A stretch of 64,000 nt of DNA from Podarcis cretensis (Eukaryota): positions 22,568,001 to 22,632,000 of the forward strand of contig OX638160.1 of NCBI GenBank assembly GCA_951804945.1, read 5' to 3'. The notes beneath the pieces are model-generated. The model made no database searches. It saw only the letters and a list, made by a program, of their open reading frames with translations, and had not been told where the DNA came from. The stretch's first letter is position 1. Each line of letters opens with the position of its first letter. The translations under genes and the position numbers were made by a program. This document shows, one piece after another, positions 13,129 through 26,543 of the stretch.

Positions 13129-14144
13129 ATAAGGCAGCTTCCTATGCTCAAGGTTTTAAGGAGGTATAAGCACTGAATGATGGCACACACACACACCAGT
13201 TCACAACTCACAGTCGGACACAAACACAACCAAGTAACCTGGCAACTATAAAATGCCAGGTCCTCATGAAAAATTAATGCAATATATTAAATTTTGCATT
13301 ATAGAGAAACAGTGTTTCCAGAAGAGGCTTAAAATATTTCCCTCATTAAATTATTGTAATAGTTCCTAATAAATCTGTTCAAAGTCATTAGGATACAAAA
13401 CTGCACAGATCCATGCATTATGTATTTATTCTATGGCACTGATTCAATTAAACCTCAATGTGTTCTTAGCTGAAAGGGCTACATATGGAGAGCAGATTAA
13501 GCGAGGTGGAATTATTTGGATAAGCTTAAGTTCTAATTAACAAACATACATTCAGTGGGAAAGATTGAATATATATTTTGTCTTTCAGTGAATCCGCAGG
13601 CATTTTTAGTTTTTTTTTAAAAAAATAAAATAACCACATATACATTACTGGGCACTGAACCAAATTCGCAATGGGTAAATCTCCATAAATAGCTATATTA
13701 TACGAATGCCTTCCAAGGCACTCTGTTTATAATAACTTATAGTTCTAGCCATTTCTAGACTACACAGTGCTTGTGGACTAACATACTTGGCAAATTTTGG
13801 CTTCAGACATGTAAAGTAAACACATTCAGAGGATACTTTACTGTGATAGTTACTAAAAATAAAAAAGGCCACACAGTAAGTGGTTCTACTCTGTAAGACC
13901 AAGCACAGAAGGCGCCTTAATAGCTACTCTATTAATAAGCAGTCGAAATGCAAAGTGAGCCTAGGAGAGGTAAACATGAGAGGGGAAACCAGAATGCCAG
14001 AATTGCAGAGTTTGCATATCATCTACTCTTCCATGCACTATCTTGATTGGCTTGTGTTCCACGCAAAAATGACTTTTTTAGGGTGGGGGGTGGGGGCTTC
14101 TTCAGCATGCTCCCTGTTGGTCTCACTTAACCCACACCTTAAGA

Positions 14145-14276
14145 CAGTGTTTCTCAAATTCAGGTATCCTGCTGCTGTTGGACTACAACTCCCATCATCC
14201 CTGACCACTGCTAAGCTAAGTATGATGGGAGTTGTAGTGCAGCAACATCCGGAGACCTGAGTTTGAGGAAACAGTG
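14145..14276. mobile_element. Short palindromic hAT-type MITE (degenerate)
   Basis: cagtgtttctcaaa...tttgaggaaacagtg; core ggactacaactcccatcat...atgatgggagttgtagt; imperfect 8-bp TSD ccttaaga / tcttaagg. Confidence 0.75.
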
Positions 14277-14879
14277 TCTTAAGGCAATATCATTAATAGA
14301 AATTAGCTTAAAGGGCTTAAATCTATATGCAATGCCATTAGCAGGAGGAATCGCGGAAGCTGCCTTATATTAAGTCAACCTATTTGTCCACCATCTAGTT
14401 CCATGTTATTGTTTTTTTCTAACTCTCCACAGTCCTCCGGGTTATTAGGCAGGTTCCCCTCCCATGCATCTCCTCTTCCTTGATCCTTTTAACTGGTAAT
14501 GCCAAAGATTGAACCTGAGGCCTTGTCCTTACAAGGCATATCTTCGACGCACTGAGCTATGATCCCATTCCCAAGCCACACCCACATGAACCATGGATCA
14601 TGTTGCATTAAGTTACTGCAGTGGGGAAATGTGAGCCAAAACGAGAGAGCACATTCCTTCTACAAGAAACTGAATTATATCAACTGTGCAAATTGGAGGG
14701 GAGGGGGGTTCTAAGAAGGGATAAAATGAAAACCATGAATGGATTTGGAAACATGTGTATATTATACAGGTACACTTGCATGAAGGAAGTTCCCCAACAA
14801 GTGTAAACTTTTATTTCTTTCATGTGTTTATGAAATAATACCAAGGCAGTCTCTCAATTGTTTACAAAGAAAGGTTATA

Positions 14880-15761
14880 CCGTATTTTTTGCACCATAAC
14901 ACTCACTTTTTTCCTCCTAAAAAGTAAGGGGAAATGTCTGTGCGTCTTATGGAGCGAATGCCTACGGATGGCGGGGGGATCTGCTGCAGTCGTGAGCAGA
15001 GGATCCATGGTTCCCCTTCCTTCCCTCCTCCGTGGCTCGCTTTGAAACAGCAAAGCGGGAGAAGAGCCGCTGAGTGGGGAGGAGAGAGAGACAGAGAGCC
15101 TGCTTGCTTTAAAGGAGCAAAGCGGGAGAGGAGAGGAGCCGCTTACACGAGTGTAAGCAGCTCCTGTCCGGTTGGCTCCTTTAAAGCAAGCAGGCTCTCT
15201 GTCCCTCTCTCCTCCCCACTCAGCTGGCTAAATAGCAGCAAAGTTTTTCAGCGAGCCGGGGAGGAGGGAGAGAAGCAGAGCCTGCTTGCTTCTCCTCTTA
15301 TACCCCTCTTCTGCATTATAACAGCATCCTTCTCCACCCACCCCACGCGTGTTCCTTGTCCCTTGAGTGCTTTTCCTTCCCTCCCCACTTAAAACGTGGT
15401 TACAAAGCACGGATCCACATGGATCCTCAGGATTTTTGCACTAGGTCACCCCAAATTCACCATCAGATCACATAGCATGTCCATGGCTACAGCTTGCACC
15501 AAAAAAATCACGCACCCACTGTTGCCTGGGGCCGTAGTGGTGCAAAAACGTGGTTACAAAGCATGGATCCACATGGATCCTCAGGATTTTTGCATAGGGC
15601 TACCTCAAACTCACCGTCAGATCACATGTCTGTGGCCACAGCATGATCCACAAAATTCATACATCTACTGTTTCGTTTAGAATATTTTTTTTCTTGTTTT
15701 CCTCCTCTAAAAACTATGTGCGTGTTATGGTCGGGTGCATGTTATAGAGCGAAAAATACGG
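14880..15761. mobile_element. Non-autonomous Tc1/mariner(pogo)-type element, CCGTATTTTT family, long form (882 bp)
   Basis: TA|ccgtatttttt...aaaaatacgg|TA; internal long inverted repeat 15069-15224 and internal direct repeat (aaaacgtggttacaaagca...ggatttttgca near 15391 and 15546); no transposase ORF. Confidence 0.88.
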
Positions 15762-15916
15762 TAATTCAAAAACATACATACCTCTACAATACAAAATATT
15801 GTATTGTAGAGATATGTAGAGGTCCCCACCCCAAAAAAACCCAGCAGCACTTTTTGAATACAACTTAAAAGTCAGGTTGGGCAAACTCAAGATTTGATAC
15901 TGCATAATGCAAAAAA

Positions 15917-16169
15917 CCACGACGGTTGATAGGTCCCTGCTCCTGGCCGTTCGAAAGCACGTCAAACTGCAAGTAGATAAATAGGTACTGCTCCAGCGGG
16001 AAGGTAAACAACGTTTCCATGCGCTGCTCTGGTTCGCCAGAAGCGGCTTAGTCATGCTGGCCACATGACCCGGAAGCTGTACGCCGGCTCCCTTGGCCAA
16101 TAAAGCGAGATGAGCGCCGCAACCACAGAGTCGGCCACGACCGGACCTAATGGACCCTTTACCTTTACC
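15917..16169 (+). mobile_element. Sauria SINE, 5'-truncated with internal deletions
   Basis: Body gcaagtagataaataggtac..., acctttacct tail, 12-bp TSD taatgcaaaaaa (15905-15916 / 16170-16181). Confidence 0.88.
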
Positions 16170-16218
16170 TAATGCAAAAAATGTGGAAGATCACTTTGTC
16201 TCTGTGTTTTCCCCATTA

Positions 16219-16452
16219 CAGTGGCACCTCGGGTTAAGAACTTAATTCGTTCCGGAAGTCCATTCTTAACCTGAAACTGTTCTTAACCTGAAGCACCACT
16301 TTAGCTAATGGGGCCTCCCACTGCCGCCGGAGCACGATTTCTGTTCTTATCCTGAAGCAAAGTTATTAACCTGAGGTGCTATTTCTGGGTTAGTGGAGTC
16401 TGTAACCTGAAGCATCTGTAACCTGAAGCATATGTAACCTGAGGTACCACTG
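16219..16452. mobile_element. Tc1/mariner(Tigger-like) MITE, CAGTGGTACCTC family
   Basis: TA|cagtggcacctcgggtta...taacctgaggtaccactg|TA; repeated ttaacctga motifs; near-identical to copies at 38209, 44329, 50765, 53486. Confidence 0.9.
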
Positions 16453-19118
16453 TAGGTGACATTGGTAATTTACTGAGCAATCATTTGTATTTGCTTGCAG
16501 GGATTTGTTAGTTTATCCTACACTTTCCAAGGCAATTCCTGGTCGCTTCCTTTATCACACAAAGCCAGATCTTTTAGTGGAAGAGCATTTGTTGCACAAA
16601 AGCGCCAAAGCAACTTTAATTCCACATTTTTAATGTGCAGGTATGTGACAGAATCCCTCACCCCAAAGAGAGACAGTTTGGAAGCACCCTGAGCTTATTA
16701 CTGCCTCCAGTGACATATCTCAAGATATATTTAGATCTACTAGTCGTACGACTGCTGTAGAATATCTCCATCTTAAAACTAATAAACTTTGGCTGCTCAG
16801 GTTACAAGTGAAGGACCCATCCTGGCAGCAGCTCAACATTCAGTTTAAAGAGCGTAGCATACCCATACATACCCTGTTTAATTGGCCAGTTGGTGTCCTT
16901 TGTTTTCAATTTAATGAGTCCTTCTCAGCACAGTTTACCCTGCGACTGCCATAATGAGAGCATTCAGTCTCAAAGCCTCCCACACTTTATTACGCTGCCA
17001 AGCACAGAATTGTTTTAAGCCAAATGCATCAACATTTATAAAGAAACACAAATATTGTATTCATTTTTTATCGTCCCCGGCAGCCAAGGGTGCTGTCACC
17101 ATCTACATAACAGACAGCCAATAATTCAGCCACACGAGACACCCTGAAGTTAATTTGTCTGTTCTGCAAAGCAAAATCTGCAAAATCCCAGTGTAATAGC
17201 CTGCCTGCTTGAAATCCTGAGGGGAGGCAATAGAGGATAATAGCAAACCTTAAACAGCACTTTTAATGCCATTCTGTTCAGGGTAGACTCTGTGTCACAC
17301 TCCAGATTCTCTCTGGGAATGGCACTGGCCCACAGAAACGGCCGTCGGTTGTTCCTAGAGGTTACGTTTAGCGGCTTGTCAGCAGAAACCTGTCACAATG
17401 AATGTTTCCTCCGGATGTGTAATTACAAAAGGGATGCCTTTGAGCAGGTGGGAATCCCTCCTGAGCTAGCTTCCTTTCAGAATTTGCATCCATGTTTTTG
17501 TTTTTAAGGGGAAGGGGGGGGGGGAACCACTCCTGGAAATTCAGTTCAGAAAATTCAAGTGCCTTGCAAGTGTTCAGACACAATCTGAAACCCATGTCTT
17601 TGGAAGATAGCAGGGGAGTGTACATCTACACCAGTCACATGGGTGATCCTGGCCAATCAGGTATTGCATAGTGAATGGATGATCCTAGCCAACACTCTAA
17701 AAGCCAATCAGAGGAGGCTATATTTTGGTGTGGAAATGAGCAAGCCAAGTCCATTCAGAGTAACGTCAGCGGGAGGAATTCACATAACCAGCCCCACCAG
17801 TGGAATCCTTGTGCAAGGACTTCTGATTGCACAACAAGGCTCCCCCCACTTTCCTTCCCCTGCACATCCCCTGTCCCTCTGAAATTGGCTTGGGAGGGTA
17901 AGAAGAACCCCCAAAATGGCACAGGAGGTGAGGGGAGAAGTATCATTCCAGATTGCACAGATAAAGCAACTGGAAGAGTGTAATGCTGAATTCCACACAA
18001 TACTTCCTTAATAGGCCACCTCTTTTTCTTTGTTTCTTTGTTCTTTTATTTTCATTTTAGATTAGTTTGATTAGTTTGCTTTCTATCAGATTGCATATTG
18101 AAAATTTTCAGTGAGTTCTTCCTGGGCTCTGGTGTGCTCCTAATACGCTTCTCTTTCTTCCTAACTCCTGGCTTGCTCCTTGCTCCTGCCTCTAGTGTTG
18201 TCTGTCATTTAGTTCTGACTTACCCTCCAGTCCTCCTGACTACTTTGTGCAAAGCCTCTGGTGCCCAGCCTTGGCAGCTGGCCAGCATTACTCTGCATGA
18301 TTGAGCTCCTGATATCAGGTATTGTATGTTGATCTGGCAGGGCAGTATTTGAATATATACAGTCTTCGAATGTGGGCAACATAGGTTGAAGTACTTAATT
18401 AGCAACCATAATATCACAGAATAGAATGGTGTTACTGTTGTGGGTGTTTTTAATTTTAGTCCCGTTCTTTTGCTAAGAGTCCATAATAAAGCATCACATA
18501 TGTCTTCCTGAATCATCTTGCTAATCACCAAAGGGATTTGCCTGGCACATTCACTACAAAGTAGCAATGCCACTGAATGTATGAAGTCAAAAGCCAGCTT
18601 TGCTGTCAGATACATCAAGAAAGCTACAAAGAAAATCTGCCTTGATACCTGCCAGATAAACTTGCTTATATGAAATGCTTTGAATGAGAGGGCCAACAGC
18701 AACATTTACATGACAGAGCTTTTCTTAAGATTTCCAAATATACGTTTGCAACGACAAAACGGATCCCAAATGATCAAAGGGAACTAATTACAGAAGAAAA
18801 ACTGTTTACATCTAAACTTTCCTCCCAACTATTAATAGTACAAGACATCCCATTGGATTGCTTTAAACGAAAGCAGATATTTGAAATACACACACACACT
18901 CATCACAACCCTTCCTGCTGTATTTGAGCATGGAAAAGGAAGAAATTAGTTTCTGGAGACACTGCAGTGGACCCATTGGAAAAACCCATATCATGGGCAT
19001 GGGGAACAAGAGCCGCCCCCCAATGTTGTTGAGACTCCCATTAGCCTCAATTAATACAGCCAATGACTGGGAATGTTAGGTTCCCCATCCTTGCCTTAGC
19101 AATGAAAACAATGGAGTA

Positions 19119-19348
19119 CAGTGGTATCTTGGAAGTCAAGCAGAATCCGTTCTGGAAGTCCATTCAACTTCCAAAACATTCGGAAACCAAGGCGCGGCTT
19201 CTGACTGGCTGCAGGAAGTTCCTTCAGTCAATCGGAAGCCACATCGGATGTTTGGGTTCCAAAGAACGGAACACTCACTTCTGGGTTTGCGGCGTTTGGG
19301 AGCCAAAACGTTTGACTTGAAAGGAGTTCGTGAACCAAGGTACGACTG
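19119..19348. mobile_element. Tigger-like MITE, related termini with a different interior
   Basis: TA|cagtggtatcttgg...ccaaggtacgactg|TA. Confidence 0.8.
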
Positions 19349-22300
19349 TACTGAATTGAAGCAGCAAAAGACAAAGGACAAATCTACACAAATTCTTTGC
19401 TGGGGTACAGATGTGTGCACCCAGTTCCCACAAGGTGCATTACCCCCTGGTATTCTATACAGAAGGCCAGAGAACCGATCATATAAAAAAATGGGCAGCT
19501 TGTTCCATACAGAAAGGGTTATGCAATGCAAAGTTCTTTACCTCCCTTTTGAGGAAGCATTTCCTGTACTTCCAGTTTTGTGTGAAAGCACCCTATTTGA
19601 CACAAGAGATATTCTCATGCAGCCGTTGCTCTTGTATCCTGCCAGTGGAAGCACAGGGTGACTCACATTAAAAGGGATCAGTTCAAATGTCAGTAAACCC
19701 CCAACCATCATCTCCAAATATAAAAGAGACAAACCAGAAACAAGGGGGAGTCAGCAGAATTTGTAAAAGAATCTGGGCGGATCTCTAAAAATTTCCAAGG
19801 AAGCATTTAAAAAGCAACAGCGAGAGAATGCCGGAGAAAACTGGCTTGATCAGGTCTGGCTTCATGGCATCTTTCCATTTATTATTTGCCTTTCACCCTT
19901 AGGGGGTTAAATCAGACAAGAGCAAACTTGAAAGGTTCTTCTCCCAAGAGAAAAATATCACCCAACTTTCCTCTTCCAACATGTACACGCCAAACCCATT
20001 ATTAAAAACCCCATTGATCCCTGCCGTGTGGCAGTGACTCCTTCCATTAGAGACATGTGCTGTGTCAGTTCAAGACTTCTTGACTGTTTTTATTACACAA
20101 AGCACTAAAATTCTACAGCTATAACAGATTCAGTTTGTGCCAACCTGTTGCAACTACACAGCATTTGCTACTTAAGAACACCAAAAGCTGAAGAAATAGA
20201 TCCTCATTTGCCCTGCCCTGAAATAACTAAAATGTCAATTGCTGCTGTTACTGAAAAGAAGCTGTTGTAATACATTTGTAAAAAAAACAACAGCCCTATC
20301 AGCCACTGGCTCTTGTCTCCTCTTCTTAGTGCAAGAATCACTTCACACATTTAAGTTTGTGGGATTACACCTAAGATGTTTAAAGAACTCAATTGTACAG
20401 GCTAGTCATTGCAATCCTCTTGTGTGACTGTAAGTAGGGATGAGCTATTGCTCTCTGGTTTGTACCCAAGAAGAGCCTTCAAGTGTTCCAACTAAGCACA
20501 TGAAAAGGCTTGAAAATGTATCTTGGGGCAGGGAGATGTGGCAGAAGTAGTAGCAGGCACTCTTAGATCCCAGGCACATATTATTTTGGGAATGGAACTA
20601 CAGATCCCAAAATCCCTGGGGGGCAGGGGAGAGAGATTCTCCTTCTCTGTTGACTTTGGCGAACCCTACTCAAGGACCCCTAATTTCCATTAGGGTGGGG
20701 GAAGAGGTAGATGAGGGGCTTTGACCAGAATCAGAGTAGGAATAGCTGGATTTGTACTAATATTAACCAACACTTCGGATCCTAGTCAAGCAAAAACTGT
20801 TGTATAAACTGGTTACGGTTGGGGTCAGGAAACAGTTGGGGCCAGATAATTTCTTTCACCCAATAAAGCCATTGGTTGGTTGGTTGGCATCCATCTGTCT
20901 TGGGAGTTAATGGAAGAGTGTGCCTTAGGAGCTGAGGTTTAAATGGCGTAAAGAAAGTGCCCTTTTGAATAGCATTTGGGGAGTGGGTATCACAGTGAGA
21001 CAGGATGAAATATACAGCCGGCTGAATTCCAAATTACTGTGCATACTTCACCCTACAGCAGGATTTTGATTGACTTTTAAAAAAATGTTTTTAATGTTTT
21101 AATTAATATTTGGTGTTCTAACATTTTAACTATATGTCATTTGAATTTTGTCTGAACTGCCCAGGAGACTTTGTTGATGGGCTGGTCAACAAATGTTCTA
21201 AGCAGACAAACACAGAAGCTTTGTGTTCAGGTATATTGCTTAGGCCATTAGCTCCTATTTTAAAACCCACATGCTTCCAAGCAATAATTACCAGTTGTTT
21301 GTTATTTCAAGTCCCAAACATTAAAGTGTCTATTTATGGATTCTGAAAATAGCTCCTCTTTTGACTGTAATTAACAGAAATGGATCCTTGGAGTAAACTG
21401 TGACCTTAATGCATATTAAGTGCAAAAGATCAATTATTCTCATCACCATCAATCTTTTTAAAGGAAAATTCTATATAAAAACCCTAGTAAATATTATTTT
21501 TAATAGACAGTTTTGCATGGAAGTGTGGTATTTTATGACTGCGCGTAAGCAGAGATTGACCCAGAAGCCAAGTAACATGCCACCACTGATCATTTATAAA
21601 ATGCTTTTAATTTGCAAAGTGTCTTAATCTCTTTAATGCACTTAGATAGGAAATTGAGAAGCAGGACTGCTTCACCCGTCAGCAATATGCAGCCATCATT
21701 AAGGTGGTGTGCTGAAGGTCTGTAAACAATGTGCATATCCAGGCTTACAGCAAAGAGAAAATCCTAGATGCATTAAAAGGCATGGAAACAAAAACTATTC
21801 ATTCAGGGCTTGCGCCAGATTTTCTGGGGCCTTGGTGAGTCCCACAGGGGGGTCATGCTGCCCTGATATGGGAGGAGGGCTTATCTTCATGGCATCTGAG
21901 GTATGTAACACCCTGTGTGTTTTCTGTTGCTGCCATTTTGCAGGCAAAGCAGTAGCAAAAACAACAGTCTGGCTAGAAAGCACTGCTGCTTGCACCTGCC
22001 ATTTTAATTTACCCACAATACCTCTGGGCATAGCATCACTGTAGACCAATATCCCAGGAGTGTGGGAATTAAAATAGTGGGTGCCAGCCACTGCAAGCTG
22101 GAGAATAGAAAGCCAGTTGGAGCTGGCCTTGGGCGACTGCAACTGGCACTTTTGATGCATATGCCCAAATTACAGTTCATATTAAAGATTCTGTACACTG
22201 TGGGATGAAAGCACATCAACTCAGGGCTTTGGTCCCATGGCCCTCATTGTGCATGTTTAGGAGTTATATGTAAGCCAGCACAAGCAGTTTCACAAACCCC

Positions 22301-22634
22301 AAAACTCTCCAGAACAAACAGGCAATGATCCCACAGTTTTACAAATGATCTATATTGTACATTTTAAGCAAATAACACTCCTGCATGTAGCTCACTTGGC
22401 ACCTGTGGCTTTCAAAGACTATTTGATTACGCAGGAAGCCTGAATTTATTAGCAAGTAATTTTTTATTGACTTGCAGGCATCTGTTTTCAGTGACTCAGT
22501 AGAGTCATGCTAATAAGACCATCATAAACATACACAGGTTCAGAATTGTACATTGATTAATTCCAAGGCTTAAGACCAAAGCAGACATAAGATTCATTAT
22601 GTGAATGCAGGTATCATACAATTAACATTAAGTT

Positions 22635-22980
22635 AAAGGTAAAGGGACCCCTGACCATTAGGTCCAGTTGTGGATGACTCTGGGGTTTTGGCACTCATCT
22701 CGCTTTACTGGCCGAGGGAGCCGGCGTACAGCTTCTGGGTCATGTGGCCAGCATGACTAAGCTGCTTCTGGTGAACCAGAGAAGCACACAGAAAAGCCGT
22801 TTACCTTGCCACCAGAGCGGTACCTATTTATCTACTTGCACTTGATATGCTTTCGAACTGCTAGGTGGGCAGGAGCAGGGACCAAGCAGCTGGAGCTCAC
22901 CCCATCATGGGGATACAAACCGCCAACCTTCTGATCGGCAAGCCCTAGGCTCTGTGGCATAGACCACAGCGCCACCCGTG
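22635..22980 (-). mobile_element. Sauria SINE (head slightly truncated)
   Basis: aaaggtaaagggacccctgaccattagg...agaccacagcgccacccg; CpG-decayed. Confidence 0.9.
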
Positions 22981-23044
22981 AATTACATGAATGCAATTAG
23001 CAGCATTGGGGGAGCCTGAGCAGCCCTGGGACTCTCCAGTTTAA

Positions 23045-23068
23045 CTCTCTCTCTCTCTCTCTCTCTCT
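23045..23068. repeat. (CT)n microsatellite
   Basis: Perfect CT run. Confidence 0.95.
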
Positions 23069-25619
23069 TCTCCACCATCATTCCAACAAAAATAAGACCC
23101 TTGGAATCCACTTTTTGCATGTCAAGGGAAGTCTCAATTAGGGATGAGCCAGAGTGGTCAGGGGAAAAAGGCAGGGTGAGCCAGGGGAGATATCAGCAAT
23201 GGGCTGATATCCCTGCTCCTGCCTCCAGTGACACTAATGGCAGCATCCCTTGAACAGCAAACCAGAACTCCTGGGACCTTGGCTTGGTAGGGATACTGAG
23301 AGCGCTTGCCCAAGCTTCAGCTAGCTATTTACAGAACACAAAACATGCACATTAAATTGCATTCATGCAATTTATGTCTGCATTAATTAAAAGGGAGACT
23401 GGGGATTGCCAAATGAGTTTTTTTTCCAAGGCATCTAAAGTTGTGCAACAGGAAGTTCTGCAACACAAAGTGTTTCTCTCCCCTTTATACATACACGCAC
23501 GCGAAGGAAAGTGGGTAATATCCAGGCTGCCATTCAAGAACATACACATGCACGCACATGTTTGATTCTTATTATGTTGGATGTTTTCAGCTGCCATTTT
23601 TTGTGACTCAAGTGCTATGAGAGAAAGAAAGAAAGACGAACCATACAATCCTAGGTCTGCTCAGAAGTAGGCCTAACTCAAGTTCAATGGGACATTCATA
23701 AATGGGCATAGGATTGCAGTTTAGATATACCGTAACTTATGGGTCTATAAGGTGTAAGAGATAAAAGAAACATGTTGTAGAATTGGAGACTTTTCAGTTT
23801 CCTGCGGGGGGGGGGGGGAAGCATAAGGAACACACTTTTAAAAAGTTCTGTCTTGGTCAGCATTTCAATGGATTTTCAAATCTAATTGTCAAACATGAGT
23901 AATGGCTGAAGAGAGGAACAATTGTCATATCCGCCCTAAATCATATGTGTGTGAAGTAAGAAGATGTGAGTCCCCCTACCAAATACACAGGTACACTTGC
24001 TTAACTGCATTCTGGCCAATGTACACGGCCTATCCAGACTTTTGCCCTTCTTCCCCTGTGTTCCATTGATAGAGACAGCAGGACTTAAATACCAGGGTTT
24101 AAGATACCAGTTTGATTTTCCATTAGTAAAGAAATGTAGACCGTGAGATGGTGAAAATGTACACAATCATTAGCAACTAAGCAAACGTTCAGAAGTGACC
24201 TATTAATCAATTATCTAGATAATGGCAAAAGTAGCCTCATGAGCCTCATTAGACACAGCCAAAAATGGTTAGCAAGTTGTTTTTTAATTAATTTAAATGC
24301 AAGCCTCGGTCACAGTGGATACATGGGGGAACACAATATTCTTATCGTTAGCATCAGAAAGAGAAACAAATGAACAAATGAAAATGTTTCAAGATGTGTG
24401 CACTGTAAGTTTGTAATTTGAGCCACAATGGTGGGGTGTAAATCTTGGGCAAGGGACGGACTGCATTAACTGAGGTTAACTCCCAACTCAGAATCCTGGG
24501 CAAGTAAGTAAAACTGAATATTTCATACATTAAAATGTTCAACTATGCATTTTTCAGCTGGAACTCACTGGAACTCAGTTTGGGCACCCCTCAGAAGAGC
24601 GCCATTGCCATTGTAAGAGAACAAGGGAGGCATTTGTAATGAATTCTGACACCTCTTTTTCCAGAAAAATAGCACTGCAGCTATGAACATAGTTTTCAAA
24701 CTTCGCCAATGCTTAGGGCATACCCTGCAAGCATCCCAGAAAAACCAAGACATCCCATTTTTTCCTTTGAGAGCATAATGGTCATTTGGGGCACTGTGAT
24801 CTCACATGATTGTTCACCATGATCTTGCCCTGAAAAAAGTGTGGATCCCGGAAACATACATTTTGGGGTGCTGTGAAAGCACAGCCCCCCTCCCCAAAAA
24901 ACATGTCTTTTGGGCTCTGTGATCTTGTGCAAGAGCATGGCCAAGAAGATGTGCATACCAGTTTTGAGACTCAACACATTGGAAGGTATGATAGGGCCAC
25001 CATGTGTCCTTTTTTGCAGTCCTCTGTTGAAAGCCTGTTACAGGACAGTCCTGCTTGAAGGCATATTCTATTTGAAAGGCTGTCTGAGTCCAGTTTAAAA
25101 GCTAAAAAACTTAGCACCCAGACAGGCAATGGAGCGAGAACAGGTCACATTAACTTTTCGAGTATGAGGAGATGCATTTGTTTAAATTACAGCAATTATC
25201 TCTAAAGTTGCATCCGTGCATATAAATCAAGTGCATGTAAATTTTATGCAAATTTGTGTCCCCTTCTAGAACAATGCAAAAAAATCACACCCAATGTAAA
25301 TTACCTTCTGGGCCTGCCAGAAGCTTGTTAAACACCCAGAGGCCAGTTGTGAAAGGCAAGGGGGAAGCATACTATCTAGGGATGGACAGATGAATATATA
25401 TATTTCCAGCACATTTGAATTTCACATGTGATTTATTCATTAGTTAGCTCAATCTCATTTCCGCATTGCTCTGCAATTACGTACTTACATTGGCACTTAG
25501 GACCCTCAGTCACCTGAGAACACACAACACCAGGGGCATCATATGATGCCTGGCGCTTCCCAAGCAAAAGCTGCGAAGAAGAACCAGAAGCACACTTAGA
25601 CCCTCCATGGCATAATGCC

Positions 25620-26000
25620 ACTTTAGACAGTCATGGCTTCCCCCAAAGAATCTCAGGAGCAGTAGTTTGTTAAGGGCACTGAGAGTTGGAAATGTCCCTG
25701 AGGATCATCTAGTCCAACCCCTTGCAGTGCAGGAATATGCAACCATCCCATACGGGGATCAAACCTGCAACCATTATATCAACAACACACTCTAACCAAC
25801 TGAGCTGTCCGGGCTGACCCTTAGTCCCACCCACAGAGTTACCATTCTCAAGAGTGGTTTTGCAATCAATCCCTCTTCACAGGGCAGTCTGGGAATCAAA
25901 GCTCTGTGTGAGGAAATAGGGGGCCTCCTAACAGTTCTCACTACTGCAGCTCCCAGAATTCTTTGGGGTAAGCCACGACTGTTTAAAAGGGTCATTATAA
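25620..26000. mobile_element. Palindromic MITE-like repeat interrupted by a tRNA-derived SINE fragment (~25690-25806, minus)
   Basis: Arms acagtcatggcttcccccaaagaat... / ...attctttggggtaagccacgactgt are inverted; the insert ends ctctaaccaactgagct (reverse-complement tRNA head). Confidence 0.55.
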
Positions 26001-26291
26001 AATGTATTGTGTGAATGCGACCTTAGAGGGCATGCCTGATTATTCCTTTGCAAATGCAGCTCTAACTTTCCTGCAGCTGCTAGCATATGTTGCCAGATGT
26101 AGGAAAGGTGGGCATAATTTGCCTCAAATGGCCCCATGGGTCAAATCCACTGGCATGATGGTGGCCTTCCCCACCAGGGAAAAAGCAGACTGTCCACAGC
26201 AGAATAAAACTGGTATAGCATACAGCAGGCAGAAAAGAGCCTTCAACAATATTCAGTGGTGGCAGGAGGCTGTACACAGTGAGCCTCAGTA

Positions 26292-26543
26292 CAGTCATAC
26301 CTCGGAATAAATATGCTTCAGGATAAGTATTTTCGGATTGCACTCTGCAGCGACCTGGAAGTAATGGAGTGCGTTACTTCCGGGTTTTGCTGCTCACGCA
26401 TGTGACGTCAAAATGACGTCATGCACATGCGCAGAAATGGTGAAACACGACCCACACAAAGACGCGCTGTCACGTCTTATGTTCTATTCAGGATGCGAAC
26501 GGGGCTCCGGAACGGATCCCGTTCGCATCCCAAGGTACCACTG
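26292..26543. mobile_element. Tigger-like MITE, third interior type
   Basis: TA|cagtcatacctcgg...ccaaggtaccactg|TA; CpG-rich interior. Confidence 0.78.

Noticed and set aside
16219-16452. Regularly recurring ttaacctga motifs resembling a CRISPR or iteron array
   Set aside because: Internal repeats of a TA-flanked MITE present five times; eukaryotic context, no unique spacers, no cas genes.
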